A DNA stretch of 62,857 nt from Bacteroidales bacterium (GCA_035389045.1 DAOORA010000021.1:1-62857); one strand, 5' to 3'. Shown: positions 1 through 12,403, counted from the stretch's first letter. Notes: generated from the letters alone by a model not told the origin. Program-made: numbers and translations.

Positions 1-79
1 ATCCTATGTCGAAAAATCTAACGAAGTTGCAGCAAAAAAGACGCATAAAGATATAAAAAGATAAAATCAAAACAATTTC
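1..79 (-). mobile_element. Partial copy (cut by window edge) of ~160-bp MITE-like palindromic element
   Basis: Reverse complement of the first half of the copies at 34551, 37280 and 38877; ends ...ataaaatcaaaacaatttc followed by TTA, the acp stop codon. Confidence 0.8.
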
Positions 80-316
80 TTATTTGCTGCAACGGCTTTT
101 TATTATATTATAAATATCCCCGATGGTCTTTGACACGCGCAGGTCTTCTGCTGTAACCGTAACATCATATTCGGTACTGACCAGGGCAATAAAGATCAGG
201 GCATTTACCGAGTTCCAATCAAAAACATCCCTGAAATTGCTTTCAGGTTTTAGTACACCCTTTTCCAAATCCTCAAATTCTCCTTCAATTTTTTCAATAA
301 ACTCCTGAATATCCAT
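80..316 (-). CDS. Acyl carrier protein
   Basis: 78 aa, acidic; FRDVFDWNSVNAL phosphopantetheine-site-like motif; downstream of fabH-like gene. Confidence 0.85.
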   Translation of the reverse strand: MDIQEFIEKIEGEFEDLEKGVLKPESNFRDVFDWNSVNALIFIALVSTEYDVTVTAEDLRVSKTIGDIYNIIKSRCSK

Positions 317-567
317 TAGCGCTGTTTTATGTTTTTGACAAATTTATAAAAATTCACTAAAAAAATGAAAATATCTTAATAAAACTGAACACATAGTTGA
401 CTTGCAAGCCTTCAGCTATCGCAAATATATCCGGTTTTCCGGTATAACTTGCTGTTTCTATCAGTTAATTTCTGGCTCAGTAAAGTATAAACGGGGGACA
501 GAGAACTAATTTCTTCCGGAGAATCAAACATCCCCAGGAAGCTACCTCAAAATCCTGTCAGACAGAT

Positions 568-1572
568 TCATATTTCGACGATGGTAGCAGCCCACGACAA
601 GCCGATACCAAATCCGCAGAGCACAATTTTACCACCGGTATGAATAATTCTTTTGTTCATGGCATTTTTCAATGCAATTGGTATCGAAGCCGAAACGGTG
701 TTCCCCGTGGTTTCCATGTCAATAATGAATTTTTCAAGGGGAATTTTCATCTTTTTTCTCAGAACCTCAAGCATCTGAACATTGGCCTGATGGAAAACGA
801 AACAATCAATATCTTCAACGGATAAGCCCTCTTTGCCAAGCAACTCCCTGATCATGGCTGGCACCACTTTCATGGCAAAAAGGAATATCTGACTGCTGTC
901 CATCTCCATTCTTCCCCATTTCATTCCGTCAACTTCATGAAAATCTTCGAGCCACGCTCTGGTCATGTACTCCCTTGTTCCTGAACGGCGTACGATAAGT
1001 TTGTCATAACCGCTGCCATCCGTACCAAAGACAAATTGCCCGATTCCTTTATCTTCATTGGTCGCCGAGATCAGCGTAGCCGCCCCTCCATCACCAAAAA
1101 GAATCCGTAACTCTTTATCACCTGGATGTATAACCTTTGAGGGCACATCTGAGGTGATCAATAATACATTTTTTGCCTGGCCGCTCTCGATAAGCCCTTT
1201 GGATACACTCAGTCCATAAACAAAGCCTGTACAGCCGTAGGGGATATCCAGTGCGCCACAGGTGCCGGGCAGCCTGAGCCGGTGCTGGAGTATGCATGAT
1301 GTGGCAGGCGCTTTATAATCAAGGCCCTCGGTACAAAATAATAAAAAATCAATGTCTTCTCTCTTTATTTGATGTTCACAAAAAAAATGCTCAGCCGCAA
1401 AAAAACCAACATCAGAGCCTATTTCATCAGGGCCGGAAATATGACGACATTTAATACCATAATTTTTAAATATTTCTGCCTCGTCAGCCTCAGGAAAATC
1501 ATCACACAAATCCTTGTTTGTTATGATTTTTTCAGGCAAATAATAACTGATCGCTTTCAGGTATGAGTTCAT
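568..1572 (-). CDS. 3-oxoacyl-ACP synthase III (FabH family)
   Basis: YGCTGFVYGL catalytic Cys, FVFHQAN His, TGNTVSASIP Asn, GFGIGLSW. Confidence 0.92.
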   Translation of the reverse strand: MNSYLKAISYYLPEKIITNKDLCDDFPEADEAEIFKNYGIKCRHISGPDEIGSDVGFFAAEHFFCEHQIKREDIDFLLFCTEGLDYKAPATSCILQHRLRLPGTCGALDIPYGCTGFVYGLSVSKGLIESGQAKNVLLITSDVPSKVIHPGDKELRILFGDGGAATLISATNEDKGIGQFVFGTDGSGYDKLIVRRSGTREYMTRAWLEDFHEVDGMKWGRMEMDSSQIFLFAMKVVPAMIRELLGKEGLSVEDIDCFVFHQANVQMLEVLRKKMKIPLEKFIIDMETTGNTVSASIPIALKNAMNKRIIHTGGKIVLCGFGIGLSWAATIVEI

Positions 1573-1634
1573 TTATACCCCCGGAAATAATTATATAAAA
1601 ATATTTATGTTCATTATGGTTTAATTGTAGCAGA

Positions 1635-2051
1635 CTATTTTAGAAAAGATTCAATCGCCAGCCGGTACGAATCGAGGCCAAAACCTGAGATTATCCCTTT
1701 ACATGCAGGGGCCAGCAGCGACACCTTCCGGTAATCCTCCCTGCCAAAGATATTTGAAATATGCACTTCCACCACAGGAACCGGTATTGCCCTGACAGCA
1801 TCTGCAATAGCTACAGAGGTATGCGAATACCCGCCGGCATTCAGAATGATCCCATCACAGTCAAATCCTGCCTGTTGAAGTTTATTGATGATCTCTCCCT
1901 CAATGTTGCTTTGAAAATACTCAAGATCAGTGTGCTCAAACCGCATAAGTAACTCAGCTAAATATGCAGTAAAATTCTTTTCTCCGTAAATATCTTTTTC
2001 CCTTATCCCGACAAGGTTCAGATTTGGGCCATTGATGATGATTAATTTCAT
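1635..2051 (-). CDS. aroQ: Type II 3-dehydroquinate dehydratase
   Basis: INGPNLNL..RE..IYG, NAGGYSHTSVAIADA and EVHISN motifs. Confidence 0.97.
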   Translation of the reverse strand: MKLIIINGPNLNLVGIREKDIYGEKNFTAYLAELLMRFEHTDLEYFQSNIEGEIINKLQQAGFDCDGIILNAGGYSHTSVAIADAVRAIPVPVVEVHISNIFGREDYRKVSLLAPACKGIISGFGLDSYRLAIESFLK

Positions 2052-2150
2052 AATAGATCTATGCCAATTAAATAATTTTCTGCCAACGGATTGCTTCCGG
2101 ACAAATTTACGATTTAATAAAGTAAAAATATCATGATTTGATTTTAATTG

Positions 2151-2158
2151 TATTTTTG
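2151..2158 (+). promoter_or_regulatory. Bacteroidota sigma-A -7 element (TATTTTTG)
   Basis: TAnnTTTG immediately upstream of the TPP riboswitch. Confidence 0.6.
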
Positions 2159-2167
2159 CAGGTACAA

Positions 2168-2243
2168 AAAAGGGGTGCCTTAATATAACGGGCTGAGATC
2201 AAACCCTCTGAACCTGATCCGGGTAATGCCGGCGTAGGGAGTA
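2168..2243 (+). ncRNA. TPP riboswitch
   Basis: GGGGTGC...GGCTGAGA...ACCC..TGAACCTGATCCGGGTAATGCCGGCGTAGGGA matches the THI-box consensus. Confidence 0.95.
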
Positions 2244-2310
2244 AGGGTAAACTTAAAGGATGGCTGCTGCCTCTGTGGTTGTCCAAAGTTTAATAAAAAA
2301 GGACCTGATC

Positions 2311-4686
2311 ATGAAAAGATTTGTTTTAATGTTGGTAATGCCATGGCTGATATCTTTTTATGCCGTGGCACAATTTAGTGTTTCGGGCATTGTCCGCGAA
2401 AAAAATTCAGGACAGGTAATGTCAGGGGCTTCCATCGGAATTGAAGGACAGTATCTTGGTGCAGTAAGCGATGTTTCGGGAGCCTTTATCCTTAAAAACA
2501 TGAAAAAAGGGACATATACAATCGTTGTAACTTATTTGGGTTATGCTGATTTCAGGCAGGATATTACACTGGAGCAAAATACCATCCTGGATATCAGTCT
2601 TGAAAAAAAAGCTGTAATGCAGGATGAGGTGATCATCAGCGCCACACGGGCCGGCGAAAATGAACCTGCTACCTATACCATCGTTGATAAAAAGCATATC
2701 AGTAACCTCAATTTCGGGCAGGATATTCCGTACCTGCTCAGTTCAACACCTTCGCTGGTGGTATCTTCGGATGCCGGCAACGGTGTGGGATATACCGGCC
2801 TGCGCATACGGGGTAGCGACATCAGCCGCATCAATGTTACCATGAACGGTATCCCGGTGAACGATGCCGAATCGCAGAGTGTTTTCTGGGTGGACCTCCC
2901 TGACCTTGCATCATCGGTTGACAATGTCCAGATACAGCGAGGTGTAGGTACTTCAACCAACGGATCGGCTTCTTTTGGCGCCAGTATAAATATTCAGACC
3001 ACAAAACTTAATCCGGCGCCTTATGCAGAATACAATGGTTTTTATGGTTCGTTCGATACCTGGAAAAATACATTGATGGCAGGAACAGGACTTCTTGCAG
3101 GACACTGGACTCTGGATGTACGTCTGTCCAAACTCAGCTCCAACGGCTATATCGAACGGGCTGAGTCGGATTTAAAATCAATGTTCATCAGTGGTGGATA
3201 CTATGGCGAAAAAACTATTATAAAAACAGTGATCACCTCCGGCAAGGAAAAAACCTACCAGGCATGGAACGGCGTGCCGAAGGATTCGTTAATAACGAAC
3301 AGAAGATATAACTCTTTTACCTACGAAAACCAGACCGATAACTACCAGCAGGACAACTACCAAATACTGATCTCTCAGGAAGCAGGCAACTATTTTCAGC
3401 TGAACGGAGCAATTCATTATACCTATGGACGGGGTTATTATGAAGAATTTGAAGAAAGCTCTGATTTTGCATCTTACGGATTGCCCAACGTTATCATAGG
3501 AAACGACACCCTGTCCGGCGCCGACCTGGTCAGGCAAAAATGGCTTGAAAATCATTTTTTTGGAGGTACTTTTTCTGGCACTTTCGACAATAAGAAAAAT
3601 CTTAAAATAGTTTTGGGCGGCGCCGGCAATCAATATTTCGGCGATCATTTCGGAGATATTATACGCTGCACTTACCTCGACCTCACTGAGCATCCTTACC
3701 GCTGGCATGAGAACAAAACAAAAAAATACGATTTTAATATATATGCCAAGGCCAGTCTCAGCTTCAGCAACAAGGTGTTTACCTATGCCGATTTTCAGTA
3801 TCGAACCGTAAAATTTGCACTTGACGGCATCGACTCCAGGTTGCGGAATATAACCCAAACTCATATTTTCAATTTCTTCAATCCGAAAGTGGGTGTAACG
3901 TATAACATCAGCAACAGGCACAGCGTTTATCTTGCACTGGCCATTTCGAACAGGGAACCCAACGGAAATAATTTTGCAGATGCCGATCCTTCAGATCCGT
4001 CGCCGGTTCAGGAAACCATGTTCAATGCCGAATTGGGTTACACATTTAACAGTAAATATGTTACCACCACCTTCAACGGTTATTATATGTATTACAAAAA
4101 TCAGTTAGTGCTTACCGGAGCGATCAATGATGTCGGTTATCCCATCATGACCAATGTCCCGGTGAGTTACCGCGCAGGAATCGAATTAAGCGCCGCTACG
4201 CGGCTTTTCAAACGCCTGAAATGGGAAATGAATGCCTGCTTCAGTCAGAATAAAATAGTTAATTTTACAGAGTTTGTAGATGACTGGGACAACGGAGGGC
4301 AGATACAAAACAATCCCGGCACCACCAACCTTGCTTTTTCACCTGCCATAACTGCAGCCAACAACTTTACCTATAACTTCGTTGAAAATTTTAACCTCTC
4401 GCTGATCAGCAAATATGTGAGCAGGCAATATATTGACAACACCTCGGACAAGAACCGTTCTCTAAATCCTTTTTGCGTGTCGGATATCATCATGGACTAT
4501 ACTTTCAAAATTGCTGTTATTAAAGAAATCCGTGTTTCCCTGATGCTTAATAATATTTTTAATAAAAAATATGAGAATAACGCATGGGTTTACAGGTATT
4601 ATTACAATGGTGCATATAACACTATGGACGGCTATTTTCCACAGGCAGGGATTAATTTTATGGCCGGGCTGAAAATAAGATTGTAG
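2311..4686 (+). CDS. TonB-dependent receptor, probable thiamine uptake
   Basis: Signal peptide from ATG 2311 (track start 2260 lies in the riboswitch leader); plug motifs RIRGSD..RINVTMNGIPVND and QIQRGVGTSTNG; beta-barrel C-terminus; TPP riboswitch upstream. Confidence 0.9.
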   Translation: MKRFVLMLVMPWLISFYAVAQFSVSGIVREKNSGQVMSGASIGIEGQYLGAVSDVSGAFILKNMKKGTYTIVVTYLGYADFRQDITLEQNTILDISLEKKAVMQDEVIISATRAGENEPATYTIVDKKHISNLNFGQDIPYLLSSTPSLVVSSDAGNGVGYTGLRIRGSDISRINVTMNGIPVNDAESQSVFWVDLPDLASSVDNVQIQRGVGTSTNGSASFGASINIQTTKLNPAPYAEYNGFYGSFDTWKNTLMAGTGLLAGHWTLDVRLSKLSSNGYIERAESDLKSMFISGGYYGEKTIIKTVITSGKEKTYQAWNGVPKDSLITNRRYNSFTYENQTDNYQQDNYQILISQEAGNYFQLNGAIHYTYGRGYYEEFEESSDFASYGLPNVIIGNDTLSGADLVRQKWLENHFFGGTFSGTFDNKKNLKIVLGGAGNQYFGDHFGDIIRCTYLDLTEHPYRWHENKTKKYDFNIYAKASLSFSNKVFTYADFQYRTVKFALDGIDSRLRNITQTHIFNFFNPKVGVTYNISNRHSVYLALAISNREPNGNNFADADPSDPSPVQETMFNAELGYTFNSKYVTTTFNGYYMYYKNQLVLTGAINDVGYPIMTNVPVSYRAGIELSAATRLFKRLKWEMNACFSQNKIVNFTEFVDDWDNGGQIQNNPGTTNLAFSPAITAANNFTYNFVENFNLSLISKYVSRQYIDNTSDKNRSLNPFCVSDIIMDYTFKIAVIKEIRVSLMLNNIFNKKYENNAWVYRYYYNGAYNTMDGYFPQAGINFMAGLKIRL

Positions 4687-4778
4687 CAACAAAAGCGCTG
4701 CACACAATGTAAAAAGTGTTTTATACTGAGGTTTTGTGCTACTATTGACTGGAAATGTATCGGTTGCTTAAGGTGGAG

Positions 4779-4808
4779 AATAAATTAGACTTATAAGTCT
4801 AATTTATT
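4779..4808. repeat. Perfect 30-bp palindrome AATAAATTAGACTTATAAGTCTAATTTATT
   Basis: Read directly; intergenic. Confidence 0.9.
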
Positions 4809-4947
4809 GTCTGCCTGTCAGAGCCCGCATCCCTTTTTGCACTTGATTCAGACTGGATTTGTAACCCTTCTTGCGAGCTGTTTATGTTAAACCGCTACTA
4901 TTATTACAAGAAAATATTCTTACTTTTACTCTTTATAAAATACGTTT

Positions 4948-6351
4948 ATGCATTATCTGAAACGATTACTGTATATAACTCTGTTTAACTTGTTGTTATG
5001 TTCATGTAATGAAAAAAAACAGCAAACGTTTGATTTTCCTTTTATTCTGGATGAGACATGTTTGATTACCAATATCGAACAAGATAATACTATTGAAGGA
5101 ACATACCTGAAAATCATGTCGGGAGGGCAATCCGTGCAAATCGAGGTAAATATTCCGGAAAATTTCCTCTTGAACGGAAGTAATTTTAATAATTGGGTTA
5201 TGAGCTGGGGAAATGATGATGTTTCATCAGTAATGGATAATATCCGTGAAATTGACACTATTTATCCCGATAAAACCATAGAGCTGGGCAAACTGATAAA
5301 AGGCAACGGCTTTCCCGAAAAGAACCAGCATATTAAGTTCTGGAACACTTGTCCGTCAGGATTTTCTCTTGATCCGGTCATGCCGGAAATAGATCAGGAA
5401 CGACTATGCAATCTGAGCGCTGCAAAGTTCCACCTGGGTGAAATCGTATATGTTTATGCCCTGAAAAGCTGGGTGATGTTTGTAAGTGTAAGCAATAAGG
5501 ATACGGCCCTTACCTGCGCCCTGATATCTGGTGATCTGTGCACATGGACAACGGAGTCGCCGGAAAAACCATTGTTCACATTTCCGGATTTTAAGAACAT
5601 ACCATGGGCCAATGGTAAACCATCGCAAATGCCCGTGGTTACTGACATTGAATACTACAATTACCAATGGTACCTGTTTCTGGAAGGATACGACCGGTTC
5701 GGGAAAAAACATATCGGGCTTGCGGTTTCCGACGGTTCCATCACAGGACCATACCGAATCAGGGAACAGGCGCTGATATCGCCGGGCAAAAAAAATTCAT
5801 GGAAGGACCGCAGTTGTTTTTCCGCAAAAGTATGCCGTTTTAAAGACAGGTTCATCATGTTTTATGACGGCTGCAATGCATCAGGTGAGGAACACATCGG
5901 CATGGCTTATTCGCACGATATGGTCATCTGGACGGAGTATAACGGCAATCCCATAATCGGCAGTCACTCAGGATGGCGGAGTGATGCAGGTATCAGCCGG
6001 CCTGTCTACACCGAGGTCCATGGTGACAGCATCATACTCATGATCACTGGGGCCATGAACCCTGAAACCGGGGATGGACCAGCTTATAATTCCAACTACC
6101 TTGCACCGGATTTAGAAAGATTCGATCATACACTGATGGGTATTTACCTGTCACTCGACAGCGGTAAGACTTTTATACCTCATATCAACAATCCGGTGCT
6201 GATCATCACTAAAGCTGCCGGTAATAATGATACAGGAGGCCTTGTCGACGGGTTCAGCCTGATCAGAACGGATACCAGCGATTATATTTTTTACTCGCTG
6301 AGTAACTCTTTGGTAAACAACATTTTTATGAGGTCAAGAAATAAAAAATGA
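4948..6351 (+). CDS. Putative lipoprotein with glycoside-hydrolase-like five-bladed beta-propeller (GH32/43/130-like)
   Basis: LLLCSC lipobox-like; repeated blades HIGLAVSD, FIMFYDG, HIGMAYSHDM..WT..NGNPII. Confidence 0.6.
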   Translation: MHYLKRLLYITLFNLLLCSCNEKKQQTFDFPFILDETCLITNIEQDNTIEGTYLKIMSGGQSVQIEVNIPENFLLNGSNFNNWVMSWGNDDVSSVMDNIREIDTIYPDKTIELGKLIKGNGFPEKNQHIKFWNTCPSGFSLDPVMPEIDQERLCNLSAAKFHLGEIVYVYALKSWVMFVSVSNKDTALTCALISGDLCTWTTESPEKPLFTFPDFKNIPWANGKPSQMPVVTDIEYYNYQWYLFLEGYDRFGKKHIGLAVSDGSITGPYRIREQALISPGKKNSWKDRSCFSAKVCRFKDRFIMFYDGCNASGEEHIGMAYSHDMVIWTEYNGNPIIGSHSGWRSDAGISRPVYTEVHGDSIILMITGAMNPETGDGPAYNSNYLAPDLERFDHTLMGIYLSLDSGKTFIPHINNPVLIITKAAGNNDTGGLVDGFSLIRTDTSDYIFYSLSNSLVNNIFMRSRNKK

Positions 6352-6366
6352 AAATGTCCCGCAGTC

Positions 6367-9300
6367 TTATTCCTTTGTCAGGATCATTTTCCCGGTGAAT
6401 ATACTATTCCGGGTTGTCAGTCTGTAAACATAAATACCGGCAGGCAAGCCTGATCCGTCGAAGACGAAGCTGTATTCCAGGTTTTCAATGACATCACCCT
6501 CGAATAATTTCTGAATTATTTTGCCCGACATGTCAGCAACTTCCAGCATAACCCTGTCGTTTTCCGGAGAAACAAAGGACAAAGTAGTTTTTGCTATAAA
6601 GGGATTCGGATAATTCATCAGGGTAACACCCTCTTCAATAGCTGGGGTGTCTATGCCGGACAAATTCTTTGCAAACACACAATCACAGTTGGTCCCGATA
6701 TTCCAGTTATTATTTTGGGCCGAAACGATCTTTTTTGCAAAAAACTTACCCTCATATGACCCTGCACGGGTTGTGCGTGAATCGTCAACGGTGAGCGTAT
6801 AATCCAGCGCCCCTGATGAACCTGCCAGATAGAAAACACCATTGGCATACGTTCCGGCACGGAATCGTACATTATTCTGAATATAGAACCATACAGGGAC
6901 ATTATCAGGATTGATGTTTGCCAGTTTGTATGTTTCAAGACCACCTTTGATCATTATTTCTGAACAGAATGAAAAAAACACGCTGGCGCCGTCTTTGATC
7001 ACAAGTTTATTCGTGATGTTCACCTGTGAAGCCGTGAATGTTACATTTGCATTTTTACCAATGGTAACAGAAGTATAGGAATTCCCCGATAAGGTAATTG
7101 TCGCATTGTCGGGTACTGTAATCACAGGACCTCCGGGATTCTGGTTAAATTTAAATGCAGGCATAAAAACATCAGCAGGCTCATAATAAGCCACCGATAA
7201 TAAACTGCCGGCATCCTTTGTGATCAGGGCAGCTTTGGCAAAGGTTCCCAGAGCTGTAACCACACAGTTTTCTGACAAAGCAATCTTGCCGGTAGCTTTT
7301 TTAACAACTCCCATTCCGCCGCTGTTTATTTTGTTCTTTTTTAGCTGTATGTTTTCCTGGGCAAGCATCACATAGGATGAAAGATTGTCAGGACTGCTTC
7401 CTGAGCCTGTGAAATTGTATGAGCCCGTCGCAACACAGCCAATGTTATCGGTAACAGTTACCGAATAGGTACCTTCAGCAACGACCTCGATAGTTTCGTT
7501 TGTTTCACCGGTCGACCAGAGATACGACACGGGTGCAGTCCCTGTAACATGCGCAGCAAGCATGAAGGTATTCCGGCAATATCCGGACAATTCATACTGG
7601 CTGAAACTTACGGCAAGCGGTGGACTGACAGTCCATAACTGGGTGCAGGTCGCCGTATTTCCGCTATAATCAGTCGCTGTATAGGTTACCACCGATTGTC
7701 CAACGGGAAAAGGAATTGGCTGATCAACCGTTACCGTGACAACTCCGCAATTATCATCCGCCATTCCCGGCTGTAGCGCCAACTCTATGAGGTAATTCCT
7801 GTTTGCATAACAAATAACCATATCCGGAGGGCAGAAATTAAACACCGGAGGTTCGGTATCTCCCACCACGATTGTTTTTTGTGCAGTGGCGATACATCCA
7901 TTTTCATCGGTAACAATCACCGAATATATTCCCGACGCCGATGTATCCGCATTGGTTATGGAAGGATTACTGGCAGTAGAAGTAAAACCGTTTGGCCCTG
8001 ACCAAAGATAAATGGGTCCACCGCTTACTGAAAGATGAATCGTTCCTCCCGGACAAACCGGGCTATTATCAAATATAACAGGTTCCGGCATCGTATTTTG
8101 ATGAACATGAACAGATATGATATCAGCACCACAGGGTCCAGAAATTGTAACCGTATAATTCCCGGGAGTATAGACAAAGAGTGTATTTGAAACAGATCCC
8201 GTGCTCCAATGATAAGAGCTTCCACCGCTGGCAACCAGTACCACCGTATCCTCTGCACAGAATAATGTATCAGGCCCAATGGAAGTGATGGCGGCAGATG
8301 ATATAAGAACCGAAACATGAACAGATTTGTTTATGATGCCACAGCCGTTTGTGCTTACGGCCACGTTATAATCTCCTGAAGCATTGACGGTTACACTGTC
8401 TATTGAAGGATTGGGCAGTGCTGAGGTAAATCCGTTTGGGCCGGTCCAGAAATATGATGTTCCCCCGGTGGCTGATAAGTTCAGGGTACTGCCCTCACAT
8501 ACCGGACTGTTGCTTGTCACAACGGGGTTGGGTGTAATGATTTGATGAACATAGAAAGATTCAACATCAGTACCACAAGGACCTGATACGGTAACCGTAT
8601 AATTCCCGGGGGTATAAACAAAGAGAGTGCTTGAAACAGAACCTGTACTCCATTGATAGGAACTTCCGCCGCTGGCAACCAATATAACAGTGTCTTCCTG
8701 GCAAAACAATGTATCTGGCCCGATGGCAGTGATACCAGCAGTTGTTGAACTGATTGAAACATTGATTGTTTTTATTTTGATACCGCAATCATGGGTGGTC
8801 ACAGCTACCGTATAAACTCCCGAAGCATCTGTGGTTACATTGTTGATTGAAGGATTAGGCAGTATGGAGGTAAAGTTGTCCGGGCCTGTCCATGAATATG
8901 ATNNNNNNNNNNNNNNNNNNNNNNNNNNNNNNNNNNNNNNNNNNNNNNNNNNNNNNNNNNNNNNNNNNNNNNNNNNNNNNNNNNNNNNNNNNNNNNNNNN
9001 NNGACTGGGATATGTAACCATTGCTCCAATGATATGATGTTCCCGGACTGGCAACCAATACTACGGTGTCTTCCTGACAGAATAATGTATCAGTTTCTAT
9101 GGTAGTAATACTTGCTGATGAGGAAATGATCGAGACATTAATTGTTTTGATTTTGACGCCACAATCATTTGTCAATACAGCCACCGAATAAACTCCCGAA
9201 GCATCTGTGGTTACATTGTTGAGTGAAGGATTAGGCAGTATGGAGGTAAAGTTGTCCGGGCCTGTCCATGAATATGATATGCCTCCGTTGGCTGAAAGAT

Positions 9301-12300
9301 TGAGTGTACTGCCCTCACATACCGGACTGTTGCTTGTCACAACGGGGTTGGGTGTCATGATTTGATGAACATAGAAAGATTCAACATCAGTACCACAAGG
9401 ACCTGATACGGTAACCGTATAATTCCCGGGGGTATAAACAAAGAGAGTGCTTGAAACAGAACCTGTACTCCATTGATAGGAACTTCCGCCGCTGGCAACC
9501 AATATAACAGTGTCTTCCTGGCAAAACAATGTATCTGGCCCGATGGCAGTGATACCAGCAGTTGTTGAACTGATTGAAACATTGATTGTTTTTATTTTGA
9601 TACCGCAATCATGGGTGGTCACAGCTACCGTATAAGCTCCTGATGCATCTGCTGATACATTGTTTATTGATGGATCGGACAGCGTGGAAGTAAATCCGTT
9701 CGGGCCTGTCCATGAATAAGATGCCCCTCCGTTCGCTGATAAATAAAGTGTGTCACCCTCACAGACCGGGCTGTTACTTGATATTACAGGATCAGATGCA
9801 ATGCTCCGGTGAACATAAATATGAGCATCATCTGTGCCGCAGTCATTTGTTACTGTAACGGAATAATATCCTGAATCGGTTACAGAGATTGACTGGGATA
9901 TGTAACCATTGCTCCAATGATATGATGTTCCCGGACTGGCAACCAGCACTACGGTGTCTTCCTGACAGAATAAAGTATCAGTTTCTATGGCTGTAATACT
10001 TGCTGATGAGGAAATGATCGAGACATTAATTGTTTTGATTTTGACACCACAATCATTTGTAGATACAGCCACCGAATAAACTCCTGAAGCATCTGTGGTT
10101 ACATTGTTGATTGAAGGATTAGGCAGTATGGAGTTAAAGTTGTCCGGGCCTGTCCATGAATATGATGTCCCTCCGCTTGCTGAAAGATTTAAAACACCGC
10201 CTTCACAGACAGGGCTATTACTTGATATTAAAGCATCAGGTGCCATGACGTTGTGAACATATATATGAGCATCATCAGTACCACAGGCGTTTGTAACTGT
10301 AACGGTATATAATCCAGAATCGGATACATAAATTGATGGTGAAACTGAGCCGTTACTCCACAAATAGGATGTTCCTCCACTGGCAATTAGAGCCACAGTA
10401 TCATCCTGACAGAATAATGTATCGGTACCGATGGTAGTGATACCAGCTGTTGTTGTAATTACAGAGACTGCAATTGTTTTCATAATAACACCACAATCAG
10501 GTGTGTTAACAGCCACAGTATAAATTCCCGAAGCATTGGAAGTTGCATGGTTTATTGTCGGGTTGGGAAGTGTTGAGGCAAATCCGTTAGGGCCTGTCCA
10601 TGAATATGATATGCCTCCGTTGGCTGAAAGATTAAGTGTACTGCCAGCACATACCGGACTGTTGCTTGTTACAACCGGGTCAGGTGTTATGATTTGATGA
10701 ACATAATAAGATTCAACATCAGTTCCGCATGGACCCGATACGGTAACCGTATAATTCCCGGGTGTATGAACAAAGAGTGTGCTTGAAACAGAACCCGTGC
10801 TCCACTGATAGGAGCTTCCGCCGCTGGCAACCAGTACAACAGTGTCTTCCTGGCAAACCAATGTATCAGACCCTATGGCAGTAATAGCTGCTGTTGAGGT
10901 AAGTACCATCACATTAACTGGAATTGATGTTTCGCATCCGTATACATCAATCACCGCTGTATAGTTCCCTGAATTACCAGGCATAGCATTTGGAATGACC
11001 GGATTTTGAAGATTTGATGAAAATCCGTTCGGACCGGTCCACGAATAGGAGGTCCCTCCGTTTGCTGAAAAAACAAGCGTATCGCCTTCACATACCGGAC
11101 TGGTAACCGATGCCGAAGGCAACACGGAGGTGATTACAAGGTCAGTGCCGTTATCAGTGCCCCAAATCTCTGGAATAGTAGCTATTACGCGTATTCTGTA
11201 TTTATGACCGGGCAACTGGTTAGCAGGTATGAAGGCATTTATGGTTCCGGAATTATAAAATGAGCTTTTTGAACCAATAACAGTTGCGTTAGTAAAACTC
11301 CCCGATGAATCGCTTAACTGTGCCCTGAAAACATTGCCACCATAAAAAGGCCCATAAGCAGCATACGGAATACTGATGTAGGTGCCGGGGGTAATCACAC
11401 AGGGCAACGCTGTGTCAATACGGATACTGTATACGCTGTCATTCATCGGATCATATTTCCAGAAATCATTATACATGCTTGTTTCTCCCCAACCGGTGCC
11501 AATGAAAAGATTTTTTAAAATTCTGAATCCGACAGAATTAGTTCTTTTCAATTCCGGTTCACAGGAAAATTCGGTCCAGGTATCGGCTAATGGGTCGTAC
11601 CTCCAGCAATCCTGAATATACCGGTAATAAGGAAGGTTTTGTGGAGAGGTATATTCACCTGAAATCAAATACCCATATTTTTCACCAGATATAGCTGTTA
11701 CACAAGCTCTTGCTTTGGCCGGCAGGGTGGCTTTTTGTGTCCAGCTGTCATTTACCGGATTATATTCCCAAAGGTCTCTCATTTCAGTTTGGTTCAGATC
11801 TTTCCGCCCTGTTCCGACATATCCCCTGCCATTCACCGAGAATGCCATCGCTCCTGTTCGTGCAGTAAAAGGAGGTGTGTTTTTTTGTACCCAGGTATCC
11901 GTCAAAGGGTTGTATTCCCACCAGTCGTTGATAAGGTTAACATTTTCGCCGGTGCCAACATATCCCTTTCCGTTCATAGAAATTGCCACAGTATTTACTC
12001 TTGCGGTGCCGGGAAAACCGGCTTTCTGTACCCAGGTATTAGTCAAAGGATTATATTCATAAAAATCAGTATAATATATCTGATTGTTAAAATCCGCACC
12101 GAGACCGACATAAGCCTTATTCCCGATTACAAATGAGACGGCGCAAACACGCGCTGCGCCAGGAAAATATGCCTTTTGAACCCATACATTGCTCAATGAA
12201 TTGTATTCCCACAAATCATTTAGATAATTATGGGTTGTGTAACTCACTCCGGTGCCTATATAACCTTTTGTTCCGATAGAGAATCCTGTGGCATATGCCC

Positions 12301-12403
12301 TTTGACCACCAGGCACAATGGCTTTACGCGACCAGTAACCCTGCGAAAAAACACTTAATTCTGAAAATAGAATTATAGAAAGTATTAATACAATTTTTCT
12401 CAT
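6367..12403 (-). CDS. Large T9SS-secreted protein: Kelch-repeat N-terminus, tandem Ig-like repeats, HYR-like domain, type A CTD (one gene spanning the assembly gap)
   Basis: Kelch blades GKGYVGTG...D.WEYNP..NTW.QKA; repeated SNSPVCEG.TLNLSA.GG.SYSWTGP modules; C-terminal NYPNPF...LPAGIYVYRL; the two track ORFs join across the N gap. Confidence 0.85.
8903..9002. other. Assembly gap (100 N) inside repeat region
   Basis: Run of N. Confidence 1.

Noticed and set aside
4870..4892. dif site (TTATGTTAAA XerD-like arm)
   Set aside because: No recognisable XerC arm at 6-bp spacing.
8480..10200. Diversity-generating retroelement TR/VR pair
   Set aside because: The duplicates are in-frame domain repeats within one gene and no reverse transcriptase is present.
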